Assembly (NCBI GenBank): GCA_033763455.1
Contig: JANRKO010000033.1
Span: 96,001 to 160,000, forward strand
Reading direction: 5' to 3'
DNA length: 64,000 nucleotides
Origin: Polyangiaceae bacterium
Lineage (GTDB): Bacteria > Myxococcota_A > Polyangia > Polyangiales > Polyangiaceae
The notes under the pieces were generated by a model. The model saw only the letters and a list, made by a program, of their open reading frames with translations, searched no databases and had not been told where the DNA came from. This document shows positions 1 through 9,503 of the stretch, piece after piece. Position 1 is the first letter of the stretch; each line of letters begins with the position of its first letter. A program made the translations under genes and the position numbers.

Positions 1-81
1 CAACTCAAGGTTCACGTTTATCTGCCTTTCCTCGGCGTATGCGAAAAGCCTACGCAGGCCGCCCAGCATATGAGGCGAGAA

Positions 82-1539
82 TCAGGCCAAAAGCGCCCCT
101 AACGGGCCTTGATTGTATTCCGGCAACCCGAACGTTGTTGCCCCAACATCGTACGCATTCAAGATCGTAACCAAAAGATCGTTCACTTTTCTGGTCTTGT
201 CCGCAATAGGGTCCGCCACTCGAACATGGCGACCTGTTTTGAATGTCGCATTCACATTCCCCAAGGTGAGCAGGGGGATATTCACGCTATTGTGGTTTTG
301 TGCGTTCCCCATACTCTGCGTGTAGAGAACCAGTGTGTTATCAAAGGCACCAAAATCTTTGAGCCTTTGCGCTAAAAGAGCATACTGCTCAATGTTCCAG
401 GTGGAGACCTTAATATACTGCTCTGCCCAATCGATCCAGACGGCATCTGCTGGGCCGGTGGTTGGTGCAAGGTGAGATAGGTCGTGCCAAGCACCCTTGT
501 TCCCGAGCCATGGGAAAGGAAGATTATTGCCCTCTACAGCCATTTGAAAGCTGGCAACCCTAGTGAGATCACAAGCTAACGCCATTGCAAGCAACTCGAA
601 CTGGGTAGCAACCAGCTGCGGCATGATATCCAGCAGCGTCTGCTCGGACCCTTCAGCCACGCGGCGCCCGGCGACACAATCCGAAGGAGTTGAACCACAC
701 TGGATCGGCTCGGCAGGCTTCTGGCACCCCACTGCGGCGATCCGCGAAATGGACTGCTCAACTGCGCGGAACGATGTGAGATACTGATCGAGCTTTTGCT
801 GGTCATTTTGACCCAGCCGGGTTCTTAGGGAACCCGCCTGCTGGAGTGCGAAATCCAAGACCGAGGCATCTTCCTGCCGAAGCGCATCGGCTTGGCTAGC
901 ATCGCCGCTGATCCCGGCAAACAGTTGTTCCCATACCAAGTGCGGGACGTCCTGCGCGGGTGCTGCCTGAAGCGGACCAGACCAAGAGCACGCTCCGTGT
1001 GCGCCAGTACCAGGCTGGGTAAATACGCCGAGCTGGATGGATGGATACCGCGTGTCTTTGCTAATGTACTTGGCAAGCTCATGGTCAATGGAGATGCCGT
1101 TGCCCATGAGGGGATCGTCATCCGACCCAGTCACGGGGTTGATGGGCGGCATTCCGGTGAGCATTGAAGCGTAGGCTGGATGATTGCCGAACGCATTCTC
1201 AAGCCCTTCGATCACGAGCAGATCACTCCGCCATGCCTCCAGCGGTTTCAGGATGGGTGAGAATTGAAAATTGGGGTCATCAAGCGGTGTCCGCCCGGAG
1301 TACGGATACTTCATCATCTGCCCGGCGCTGAAATCAAACGCGGGCATCCCTGGCCAGAACGCTTCCCCTAACGTGGCAAAAGGCTGAGCAAACGCGACGA
1401 ACCGGGGTGGCGCTGTTACCGCCTGCCCTCGCCCCAGGCTTTCGAACAAAGGAAGAGAAATCACGCACCCGGCGCCGCCCATCAAGAGGGCACGTCGTGA
1501 AACAGTTCGAGACATCGACGGTCTTACTATTCTCATCAT
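82..1539 (-). CDS. DUF1552-family protein, Tat-exported (copy 1)
   Basis: Twin-arginine N-terminus SRRALLMGGAG..SLPLFESL; family-like motifs SIDHELA, LDQYLTSFRAVE, ALACDLTRVASF, WHDLSH; ATGA overlap with the upstream DUF1592 gene. Confidence 0.85.
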   Translation of the reverse strand: MMRIVRPSMSRTVSRRALLMGGAGCVISLPLFESLGRGQAVTAPPRFVAFAQPFATLGEAFWPGMPAFDFSAGQMMKYPYSGRTPLDDPNFQFSPILKPLEAWRSDLLVIEGLENAFGNHPAYASMLTGMPPINPVTGSDDDPLMGNGISIDHELAKYISKDTRYPSIQLGVFTQPGTGAHGACSWSGPLQAAPAQDVPHLVWEQLFAGISGDASQADALRQEDASVLDFALQQAGSLRTRLGQNDQQKLDQYLTSFRAVEQSISRIAAVGCQKPAEPIQCGSTPSDCVAGRRVAEGSEQTLLDIMPQLVATQFELLAMALACDLTRVASFQMAVEGNNLPFPWLGNKGAWHDLSHLAPTTGPADAVWIDWAEQYIKVSTWNIEQYALLAQRLKDFGAFDNTLVLYTQSMGNAQNHNSVNIPLLTLGNVNATFKTGRHVRVADPIADKTRKVNDLLVTILNAYDVGATTFGLPEYNQGPLGALLA

Positions 1540-3248
1540 AGGGACCCCTTGGGTCGGTACACAAACTCATCAAGAACAACGAGCCGACGCAGCAGGCTCT
1601 TGTAGTCACCACCGGTGGCCGCAACGCCAGTAGCAAGCGCTTGTACTGACGGGAAACGTTCCACACTCGGGGAGCGGCCAAATGCGAACCGGTACCACTG
1701 TTGAGCGAAACACTGTTGCGCCTGGGAGCTTGCCGCGTACTTCTGCCCCAACTCCACCGCTCCCTTAAAGTCCCCAATGTCGCTCTGGTAGGCGGCCCCG
1801 GTGTCGTCGACGGTGACGCCGTTTTCCGTCTCGCGGTATTGCCCTATCGCATCGTAACGCTCAAGTCCAAAGCCGAGAGGATCCAGCAGCTGGTGGCACG
1901 GAGCGCACCCGGGGGCGTTGGTGTGTGCCGTAACGCGTTCCCGCACCGTACTCGCGCCAGATACATCGTTAGCAAGCAGCGGCACGTCTTTCGGTGGAGG
2001 CGGCGGATCTTGGCATAAGAGCTGCCTCCTAATAAACGCAGCTCGTCGAACAGGGGAAGTCCGATCAAAGCCCTCGAAAGCGAGGAATCCGGCCCTGGAA
2101 AAGAGCCCCGATCGCGTGGAAGCATCCAGTGTCACGGGTTCAAACGCCGCCCCGGCGGGCCCACTCACTCCATAGAAGCGCGCAAGCTCTGCATTGGCGA
2201 AATCACTATTGCTGGTGAAGAGGTCCTCAAACCCGCGCGAGCTCTCCCACGCAGCATGGTCTACGAATAGCTCAAGCTCCTTTCGAAAGGCATCTCGCAT
2301 CTCGATCTTCCAAGTGGGAAAGGCCGAGGGATCCTTATTCAGGGAGTCCGTACGGCTGAACTCCAGCCATTGCCCATGAAAGAGAGCAACGCTTTCACGC
2401 GCTCGCGGATCGCTGAGCAACCGCTCAAACTCGGAGTTTACCTGTTCGGGCGATTTAAGTGCGTCCGCAGTCGCAAGGGCGAGTAATTGCGGATCTGGGG
2501 TTGAGTTCCACGCCAAGTATGACAGGCGCGAGGCCATCTCAAAAGACGTTGGGCGGGCCAGACCCGGCTTCCCTGCGATCTCGACGCCATCACCGAATTC
2601 CACGCGATAAAAGAAAGGGGCCGAAATGAATAGGGCTTCGACCACCAGCTCAACGCCCCTTGCAAAACTACGCTTATTGCCAGTTTGAAAGACCGCGGCA
2701 AGCCCAGCGGATTCTTCGGCAGTCACCGGTCGGCGTAAGACGCTCTTGCCAAAGGAATCGATGAACTGTTGTGCACATGCCGCATCCGGCGCGACTGCCG
2801 CGCACGGAACATACTGGCTCAAGTTGTTGCCCACACGTGCCGCAATTTGTTTCGAAGCGGCCAGCGCTTTCTCCGCGAGGAGCGGCGGAAAGGTGAGCGC
2901 AAACGCGTTGTTCGTAAACCCGCGAACTACCTCCTCCCCGGGAAAATTGTAGGCAAGGCCAAGGTCGATGTTCAAAATATCGCGGACGCTGTGATCGTAC
3001 TCACTTCGCGTAAGGCGGCGCATGACCACCGGCTCATCAGCAAACTGAGTGCCAGGCTCAGCCGCCGACCCAGGGTTCATGCCAACAAAAGTTGGTACTT
3101 GTGGAACCGACGTGGGCTCAGAGATCGGTTCGGGGGCGGCGCCTCCTGAGCCACGGCGTGCACCCTCAATATTCCCCTGGCAGCCCAACGCCGCGAGGAA
3201 AAGCGCGTGGCCAAGAGTTGCGAAACGGAATCGTTGATAGCAAGGCAT
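1536..3248 (-). CDS. DUF1587/1595/1592/1588/1585 multidomain lipoprotein with CxxCH motif (copy 1)
   Basis: RRLTRSEYDHSVRDIL, EMASRLSYLAWNSTPD, TSPVRRA, CAPCH..LDPLGFGLERYDAIG; start moved from ORF-track 3479 to ATG 3248, which gives the lipobox-like ALFLAALGC. Confidence 0.85.
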   Translation of the reverse strand: MPCYQRFRFATLGHALFLAALGCQGNIEGARRGSGGAAPEPISEPTSVPQVPTFVGMNPGSAAEPGTQFADEPVVMRRLTRSEYDHSVRDILNIDLGLAYNFPGEEVVRGFTNNAFALTFPPLLAEKALAASKQIAARVGNNLSQYVPCAAVAPDAACAQQFIDSFGKSVLRRPVTAEESAGLAAVFQTGNKRSFARGVELVVEALFISAPFFYRVEFGDGVEIAGKPGLARPTSFEMASRLSYLAWNSTPDPQLLALATADALKSPEQVNSEFERLLSDPRARESVALFHGQWLEFSRTDSLNKDPSAFPTWKIEMRDAFRKELELFVDHAAWESSRGFEDLFTSNSDFANAELARFYGVSGPAGAAFEPVTLDASTRSGLFSRAGFLAFEGFDRTSPVRRAAFIRRQLLCQDPPPPPKDVPLLANDVSGASTVRERVTAHTNAPGCAPCHQLLDPLGFGLERYDAIGQYRETENGVTVDDTGAAYQSDIGDFKGAVELGQKYAASSQAQQCFAQQWYRFAFGRSPSVERFPSVQALATGVAATGGDYKSLLRRLVVLDEFVYRPKGSL

Positions 3249-3542
3249 AGCACTTACACTCACGTACCCAACAAGCAGAGGGGTGTGGCGCCTCCACACG
3301 AACACGCGGAGGAAGCGCGTGGAATGAGAGAGTAGCATTGCTAGGTCCTCGTATCGGTAGGGCCGTGAGTATACGCAACGAATGTAAGCTCTCGCGGTTG
3401 CAAGAATCTCGCAAAGCAGGAAAGCGGCGCCGCCCGGCTTCGGTACTTTCGAGCTATTGAGGTTGTTCCCGAGCTCCACCCCGAGTTGACACCACCAGGA
3501 AGGGGCACCGAATGCTAAGGCTCAAATGAAGGTTGCTGTCGG

Positions 3543-5495
3543 ATGAATCGAACACTGCTCCTGCTAATCTGCTTGTGCCTGGTCTCCTGTTCTTTGCCCC
3601 CTCCTGTGCCCAAAGATGGCGCGTGGCGAGTGGGCCGGGCTGAGCAACCGCCACACACCGCTTCCCCCGTTGCCATGGAAGGCGCTGAGCAGGCGCGTGA
3701 TGTGCTGTTCCCGGCTGATTCCAACGTGGTGAACGTGCGCCTCCCCCCCTATTTTGCGAAGGGCGATGGCGTCACGGACGACACGCGCGCGATCCAAAAG
3801 GCCCTTTCGGACCACCCCAATCAGGACAGCATCATCTACCTGCCAGCCGGTACTTACCTGATAAGTGATACCTTGCGCTGGGGCTCAGGAAAGCACGGAG
3901 GAGAAGCCCAGAAGCGAACCATCCTACAGGGTCAAGGAGCGCATCGGACGCGGCTCCAACTTGCCGATAATTCCCCGCGCTTTCGAGCCTTGGAGCGGGC
4001 GCCAAACGGGGATGCCCAATCCAAAGCCATGATCTGGACGGGGGAACGGCCCGCACAACGTTTTCGCAACGGGATTCGCGACATTACCGTTGATATCGGG
4101 CTCGGCAACCCGGCGGCCACAGGTATCCAATATATTGCCAACAATCAAGGAAGCCTCAGAAATGTGGTGGTGCGTTCACGAAGCGGTGGGTTTGTGGGGC
4201 TCGATCTCGGCTACACGGACGAGCAAGGGCCGTGCCTCATCAAGAATGTCGAAGTCATAGGTTTTGCCACAGGCGTTCGCACTCGATTCGCGGTGGACAG
4301 TGTGACGCTTCAGCAGATCCGCGTTCAGAACCAGTCGGAAGTGGGCTTTCTGAACGACGGCCAGTCCATCAGTTTGGAGTCCTTCAGTAGCACGAACTCA
4401 GTGCCAGCCATCAAGAACATGAGCCGATCGAGCCTTCTGGTACTTATCGGTGCCGAGCTCGATGGCCAGGGCAGCCGTGGCCCCGGCATCGAAAACTCGG
4501 GCTACGCACTCCTACGCGACGTGCGTTCAACGGGCTACGATGCAACGCTCAAGGATAAAGGCAGTAGCACGACGCTCCGAGGCAACATCCGAGAGTGGTT
4601 GAGCCATCCGGCAGACAAGCTGTTTGCAGATTCACCCAAGGAAACGCTCAGGCTTCCCATCCGTCAGACGCCGCTCCGGCCTGATATCCCACTCAGCGAA
4701 TGGGCGTCTCCTTTGGAGTTTGGTGCGATTGCGAACGACAACAAGGACGACACCGAGGCTCTTCAGCGTGCCGTGGATTCAGGAAAGCGTGTCGTCTATC
4801 TGCCCCGAAACGGGCTAACTCTAGACGGGACACTGCACATCCGGGGTAACGTCGAGGTCTTCGATGGCTTGGAGGCGCTGCTGCTGGGCACAGGCACGCT
4901 TTCCTTTGAGCCCACCGCCGGACGAACGCAGTTCTTCGAACGAACCGATCTTCGTTACGAGAAGGTCAACATCATTCATGCTGGGCAAGGAGAGCTGGTG
5001 ATGAGCAGTGTCACCTCAGACGGCGGGAGGTTCGATTACCGAGGGCGGGGTGCACTTTTTCTTGAGGACGTCGTCATGGGAGATCTGCTCGTTCCGAAGG
5101 GAGGCCAGGTATGGGCTCGGCAGCTGAACATCGAATCCCATGGGAGCACCCGGCTAAGGAACGACGGCGGCAGCGTGTGGGTTTTGGGGTACAAAACCGA
5201 ACAGCATGGGATTGTGGCCGAAACGCTGCACGGTGGAACCACAGAAATTCTTGGTGGCCTCGTCTACTCGCAGGGCCAGCCCAAAGACACTCCCATGTTC
5301 GTGATCGACAACGCGGCATTCTCGGCTTCCATCGCTGAGGTTTCGTGGAACTTTCAGCGTCAGGGCTATCACACCTTAGCTCGTGAAACGCGCGGCCCGG
5401 TTACACGAGAGCTCGCAGGCGGCGCGCGCGCGGGGCGCCTTTGGCATGCGAACGACGCATCTATGGTCCTGCTCTACTCGGCCTATTCACGCTAA
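3543..5495 (+). CDS. Pectin-lyase-fold (Pectate_lyase_3/GH55-like) glycanase lipoprotein with two beta-helix modules
   Basis: Lipobox CLVSC; duplicated beta-helix cap motif AKGDGVTDDTRAIQKAL..IYLPAGTYLI and FGAIANDNKDDTEALQRAV..VYLP. Confidence 0.75.
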   Translation: MNRTLLLLICLCLVSCSLPPPVPKDGAWRVGRAEQPPHTASPVAMEGAEQARDVLFPADSNVVNVRLPPYFAKGDGVTDDTRAIQKALSDHPNQDSIIYLPAGTYLISDTLRWGSGKHGGEAQKRTILQGQGAHRTRLQLADNSPRFRALERAPNGDAQSKAMIWTGERPAQRFRNGIRDITVDIGLGNPAATGIQYIANNQGSLRNVVVRSRSGGFVGLDLGYTDEQGPCLIKNVEVIGFATGVRTRFAVDSVTLQQIRVQNQSEVGFLNDGQSISLESFSSTNSVPAIKNMSRSSLLVLIGAELDGQGSRGPGIENSGYALLRDVRSTGYDATLKDKGSSTTLRGNIREWLSHPADKLFADSPKETLRLPIRQTPLRPDIPLSEWASPLEFGAIANDNKDDTEALQRAVDSGKRVVYLPRNGLTLDGTLHIRGNVEVFDGLEALLLGTGTLSFEPTAGRTQFFERTDLRYEKVNIIHAGQGELVMSSVTSDGGRFDYRGRGALFLEDVVMGDLLVPKGGQVWARQLNIESHGSTRLRNDGGSVWVLGYKTEQHGIVAETLHGGTTEILGGLVYSQGQPKDTPMFVIDNAAFSASIAEVSWNFQRQGYHTLARETRGPVTRELAGGARAGRLWHANDASMVLLYSAYSR

Positions 5496-5565
5496 CACTT
5501 AACGTAACGCGGCCTCGCGAGGTTGAAGCGCGAGCCCCGGCCCCCCGGGCGCGAACAAATAGAGG

Positions 5566-6915
5566 CTAAGCTAGCTCCGGCAAGAGCTTGGTTCCGTAGA
5601 CTCCAAACTTCGTGGCGGGCACACCGACAATATTGAGAATGGTAAGCAGCAGATCGTCGTAATTGGCGCGCTGGGCGGATGCATACCGAACATGCTGACC
5701 AAGCTTGAGCTTGCCACCAGCGTGCCCAGCCACAATCACCGGAACATTGGAGAAATCATGGGAGACGCCCAAGCCGCACTCGCTAGCGAAGAACACCAAT
5801 GAATTGTCGAGTAGGTTCGTGGCACCCTGCATCGCCGCCTTCATTAGGCGCAAACCGTACGCAAACTGCTCCATTTCGTCGACAACAATCTTGGTTTGCG
5901 CTTCTATCCCCTCTGGGGATTCAAGGTGGGAGATACCATGGTGGCCATCCAGCTCATCCACCAAATTCAGCCATGGAAACTGGCGCTTATTGCCTCGGCT
6001 GGCCAGCATGAAGCTGCCCACGCGGGTGAACCCACACGCGAACGCCATCACCTGCAGACGGATCAAGAGCTGAGCGTGCTCGTTTGAGTAGGCCCCCGAC
6101 ATGTTGTCAATGTCAGGTGCCGACCCTCCGAGCCGACCATCGAAGGTCATCTCGCTGTTGCATTCGGCAGTGCTAGTAATCGGCAAGGCCAGCCGAGCCT
6201 CCAGTTCTCGGACAGAAGTGAGGTATTCGTCCAGCCTGTGCTTGTCAGCGTGGCTTATCTGCGCGCTCAAATCCGTGACATCCACCCTCACGTAGTCCAA
6301 GACGCTTTGACGATAGTCCGCAACCCCAACTGCCGGTTTTCCGAAAAGCTTCTCAAACAAGACGGCCGCGTCACGCTCCGCAGGCACCGGAGTAGCTCCG
6401 GATTGCCAGGAGATCTGGTCGGCAACTTCCCCACGCAAGCCGCCGAGTGCCACCGGGAGTGACTTGAAGCGACTCATCTTCCCAAGCTCGCCAGCTGCCA
6501 CTTGATCCATCGATGCGAACTCAACAGTGGTGGCACTTGCGAGCGAACCTCCTGTGGCGAAAGATGCATGCCCACGCTGATGAGCATCGTTGTTGATGCT
6601 CTGATTTCTCAACGCCTCCTGCTTGCGCAGGCCCTGGATGATACTGAAATCCTGTCTGAATTCGGCTATTGGCACCAGGCTTCGGGTGAGCTCATAGGCG
6701 CTCCCGGTGGCCACCGGCCACCACGCATCAGGGACTACGCCGTTTGGGATAAAGAATGTTAATAGGTTAACCGGAATATTCGTCTGGCCGTGAGCCGTTC
6801 GCAGCAGGCCATTGTCCGTCAACATGGCATCCAGAATGGGCAGCCCGAGGCACACGCTACTTCCGGCGCCAAAACCTCGGAGCAAATGTCGGCGCGAAAC
6901 GCGAATCGGCTTCAT
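5566..6915 (-). CDS. DUF1552-family protein, Tat-exported (copy 2)
   Basis: SRRHLLRGFGAG..LGLPILDAM Tat signal; FFIPNGV, SMDQVAA, RLDEYLTSVRELE, AFACGFTRV, HHGISH; ATGA overlap with the upstream gene. Confidence 0.85.
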   Translation of the reverse strand: MKPIRVSRRHLLRGFGAGSSVCLGLPILDAMLTDNGLLRTAHGQTNIPVNLLTFFIPNGVVPDAWWPVATGSAYELTRSLVPIAEFRQDFSIIQGLRKQEALRNQSINNDAHQRGHASFATGGSLASATTVEFASMDQVAAGELGKMSRFKSLPVALGGLRGEVADQISWQSGATPVPAERDAAVLFEKLFGKPAVGVADYRQSVLDYVRVDVTDLSAQISHADKHRLDEYLTSVRELEARLALPITSTAECNSEMTFDGRLGGSAPDIDNMSGAYSNEHAQLLIRLQVMAFACGFTRVGSFMLASRGNKRQFPWLNLVDELDGHHGISHLESPEGIEAQTKIVVDEMEQFAYGLRLMKAAMQGATNLLDNSLVFFASECGLGVSHDFSNVPVIVAGHAGGKLKLGQHVRYASAQRANYDDLLLTILNIVGVPATKFGVYGTKLLPELA

Positions 6916-8624
6916 GGCTGCACCGCCGTGGCCGCGGAAGTGAACCGGAAAGCATCGCTCGTTACCATAGTCAAAATCATGTCCTTCAGGTTGAAGTTGG
7001 TGGTTTTGAGCGCTGTGCTCGCCTGCGCTACAGAACAGGCGTCTTGCGCACTGACCTCCCTTCCATAGGCAAATTGAAAAGCCTTCGTGGCGACGCAGTC
7101 CGCAACTTCGGGCGCGGCTTGGAGTAGAGCAGCGAGCTCTTTGGGCCCCACGAAGCCTGGATCCCCCCCAAGCCCGTACGCTTGCCCGGCACCCGTCAGC
7201 GCCTCCCCACGACTGCCCGTCGCATGAAATCGACCAATCTCGTCATACTGCTCAAGACCAAACCCCAAGGGCTCAAGGAGCTGGTGACACGCTGCACACT
7301 CCGCCGAACTTCGGTGGCTTGCCAAGCGTTCCCTCACCGTCAAACTGGGATCATTGGATACCGCCGGGATCATCGCGGGTGGACCTGGAACCGGGATCGT
7401 ACAAAGAAACGCATTCCTTAAGAACTTGCCACGCAGAATCGGGGTCACCGTCTCAGAGGCCCCCGGCACACTTGCCGTAAGGAAGCCCGGTTGGGTTAAG
7501 AGCCCTGTTCGCTCTTCCGGGAGCTCAATTTTTGCCAGGTCCTTACCTGTAGGCGGCAACCCGTATATAGGCGCCAGGTTATCGTCTACGTAGGAGTAGC
7601 GAGCGCTCAGTGCATCCAGAAGATTCGCGCCCGCCGGTACCCAAAAATCCCTCAGAAATAGGTTTACCTCAGCGATCGCCGAGGCCTTTTTGGCGTCCGA
7701 CCACTCTGGGAATTGCGTTAAGGGCCTCGGTACCACCTTCACCTCATCGAGCTCCAGCCATTTGCTCAGGAGGCGCCCCAGCCCTTCACTGGCACGCGGA
7801 TCCTCCAGCATCGCGCGCGCGGCCCCTTGCACCTGGGCGATGTCGCCCAACTTGTCCTCGAGGGCGAGCTCGGTGAGGTAGGCGTCTGGGTTGGTCCCCC
7901 AAATCAGGAACGACAAGCGCGTCGCAATCTCGGCACTGCTGAGCTTGTTCCAGGTGGCAAGCTTACCAGGCAAAGTCCCATCTTCGACACGAAAGAGAAA
8001 GCGAGAAGACGAAAGGATGCCCGCTATTATCAGCTTCGCGGGACGGTAGAGATCCGGCTCCGGCCCAAGCGGAGTTGAAGCCAACGCGTCTAGATTGTCG
8101 ATTTCGTTCTTGCTGAGTGCCTGACGATAGAGCGCAGTTCCAACAGAACTCGCAAGAAACTTGTAGCAAGACTCTTTAGCAAGATCACAGAGGGCGAGCG
8201 CGGCTCGGCGCTCTGGAGTGCTGACCGCGACATCCGCCACGTAGAACGCCGCCTTCATGTACTTCTCAAGATGGGTGGCCGACACCACGCCGGGGGGCGC
8301 AAGGATCCTCGATTCACCCTCCGGTTCAAGCAGGGCCAAGGCCTGTTCAGCCTCCGAGTCAGCCAGGTGCAGCACATCTCGAACAGACCGCATAAACTCT
8401 TGGTTGCTGAGACGCCGTAGGCCACTCGGCCCCGGCGTGATCGCGCCGCCACACGCCGGTACCTGCATCGGCGGTGAGGTGTCTGTGTCTCGAGGTACCT
8501 GAGCGGCCTCCCCCTTAGATCCCGCCGCACCACCGCCTGAACCGCTGCAGCCAAGGCTCAGTGCGCCAAGTAGCCAGGCGGCACTGCCAACACGCGTTAA
8601 CCCGAGCCTCTGTCGGTAATCCAT
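6912..8624 (-). CDS. DUF1587/1595/1592/1588/1585 multidomain lipoprotein with CxxCH motif (copy 2)
   Basis: Lipobox LSLGC; LRRLSNQEF, EIATRLSFLIWGTNPD, PILRGKFL, CAACHQLLEPLGFGLEQYD. Confidence 0.85.
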   Translation of the reverse strand: MDYRQRLGLTRVGSAAWLLGALSLGCSGSGGGAAGSKGEAAQVPRDTDTSPPMQVPACGGAITPGPSGLRRLSNQEFMRSVRDVLHLADSEAEQALALLEPEGESRILAPPGVVSATHLEKYMKAAFYVADVAVSTPERRAALALCDLAKESCYKFLASSVGTALYRQALSKNEIDNLDALASTPLGPEPDLYRPAKLIIAGILSSSRFLFRVEDGTLPGKLATWNKLSSAEIATRLSFLIWGTNPDAYLTELALEDKLGDIAQVQGAARAMLEDPRASEGLGRLLSKWLELDEVKVVPRPLTQFPEWSDAKKASAIAEVNLFLRDFWVPAGANLLDALSARYSYVDDNLAPIYGLPPTGKDLAKIELPEERTGLLTQPGFLTASVPGASETVTPILRGKFLRNAFLCTIPVPGPPAMIPAVSNDPSLTVRERLASHRSSAECAACHQLLEPLGFGLEQYDEIGRFHATGSRGEALTGAGQAYGLGGDPGFVGPKELAALLQAAPEVADCVATKAFQFAYGREVSAQDACSVAQASTALKTTNFNLKDMILTMVTSDAFRFTSAATAVQP

Positions 8625-8945
8625 AGTGTTCCTTTCTGAGACTATTCCCGAGCGGTGCGCGGGCGGGCGTCGACCGTTGTGTGCAGCCTATCCCTTTTGT
8701 CTAACTTCGAGAATGGACAATACGATTTCAGCTTCAAGCTCGCGACAGTCGACGAGCACGTCAATCCACAACAAATACAGCTTCACATTGTATTTAAGGT
8801 TTCATTTACCCGCCACCCAGCAACTCCGTGTGCGCATGATCTGTAAGGCCAAAGTGGCTGATCTTCGATTGCCAGTGACTGTATCTTTCGTTCGCGTCCT
8901 CGACGAGGAACACTCCATCTCGCCGCTCTGGTAATTCTATGGAGG

Positions 8946-9481
8946 GTGGGATGTCCCCGAGCACAGGCGGTGGCACCGGCGGCGCGGAGCTGGTGGAACT
9001 CTCAATGGAAACGCCGACGCGCCATCGTTGTAAGCGGTCCGCAGCACGAACCGCTTAGCGACTTTCCCGTACCGGTGCGCCTCACCACGGCCAATTTTGA
9101 CTTCCAAGCCGCCGACCCCAACGGTGCGGACGTCGTTACCTTCTCCGGCTGGGTGAAGCCACGTGCGGGAGCGGACGAACAAAACGGCATCATCGCGATC
9201 GGAGGAGACCTTCGCTTCGACTCCGCGGGGCACCCAGGGTTCTCCATAGGCTTCGATGGGCCCAATTTGGTAATGATGGCGTTTCCTATGCGCGGCCAAC
9301 CTACCTCTCTCACGCTTCCGCACTAGGCTCGGACTGCGTGGGGGGCCACGATTTCGCGGAGGCGACCTTCGATGAATTCAGACTTCAAAAGACCAGTCGC
9401 TCGGCAGCTTGGTTTGAAACCGAGTTCACATCCATGAGCTCCCCCACCTTCGCGGTGGTGGGCCCAGTCGAAGTTCCCTAA
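8946..9481 (+). pseudogene. Decayed DUF2341/LamG (concanavalin-like) gene remnant
   Basis: WWNSQWKRRRAIVV..LSDFPVPVRL..FDF..NGAD (DUF2341-type start) joined directly to TFSGWVKP (LamG-type). After the stop at 9326 another frame reads LGSDCVGGHDFAEATFDEFRLQKTSRSAAWFETEF..VEVP* (TAA 9479-9481), a typical LamG/DUF2341 C-terminus. Confidence 0.6.
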
Positions 9482-9503
9482 GCTTCGCAGAAGGGGCACC
9501 AGC

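Noticed and set aside
3249..3479. N-terminal extension of the ORF-track 647-aa protein (similar cases at 52879-53070, 23651-23770 and 15367-15489)
   Set aside because: Downstream ATGs give proper signal peptides or domain starts; the extensions look non-coding or overlap other genes
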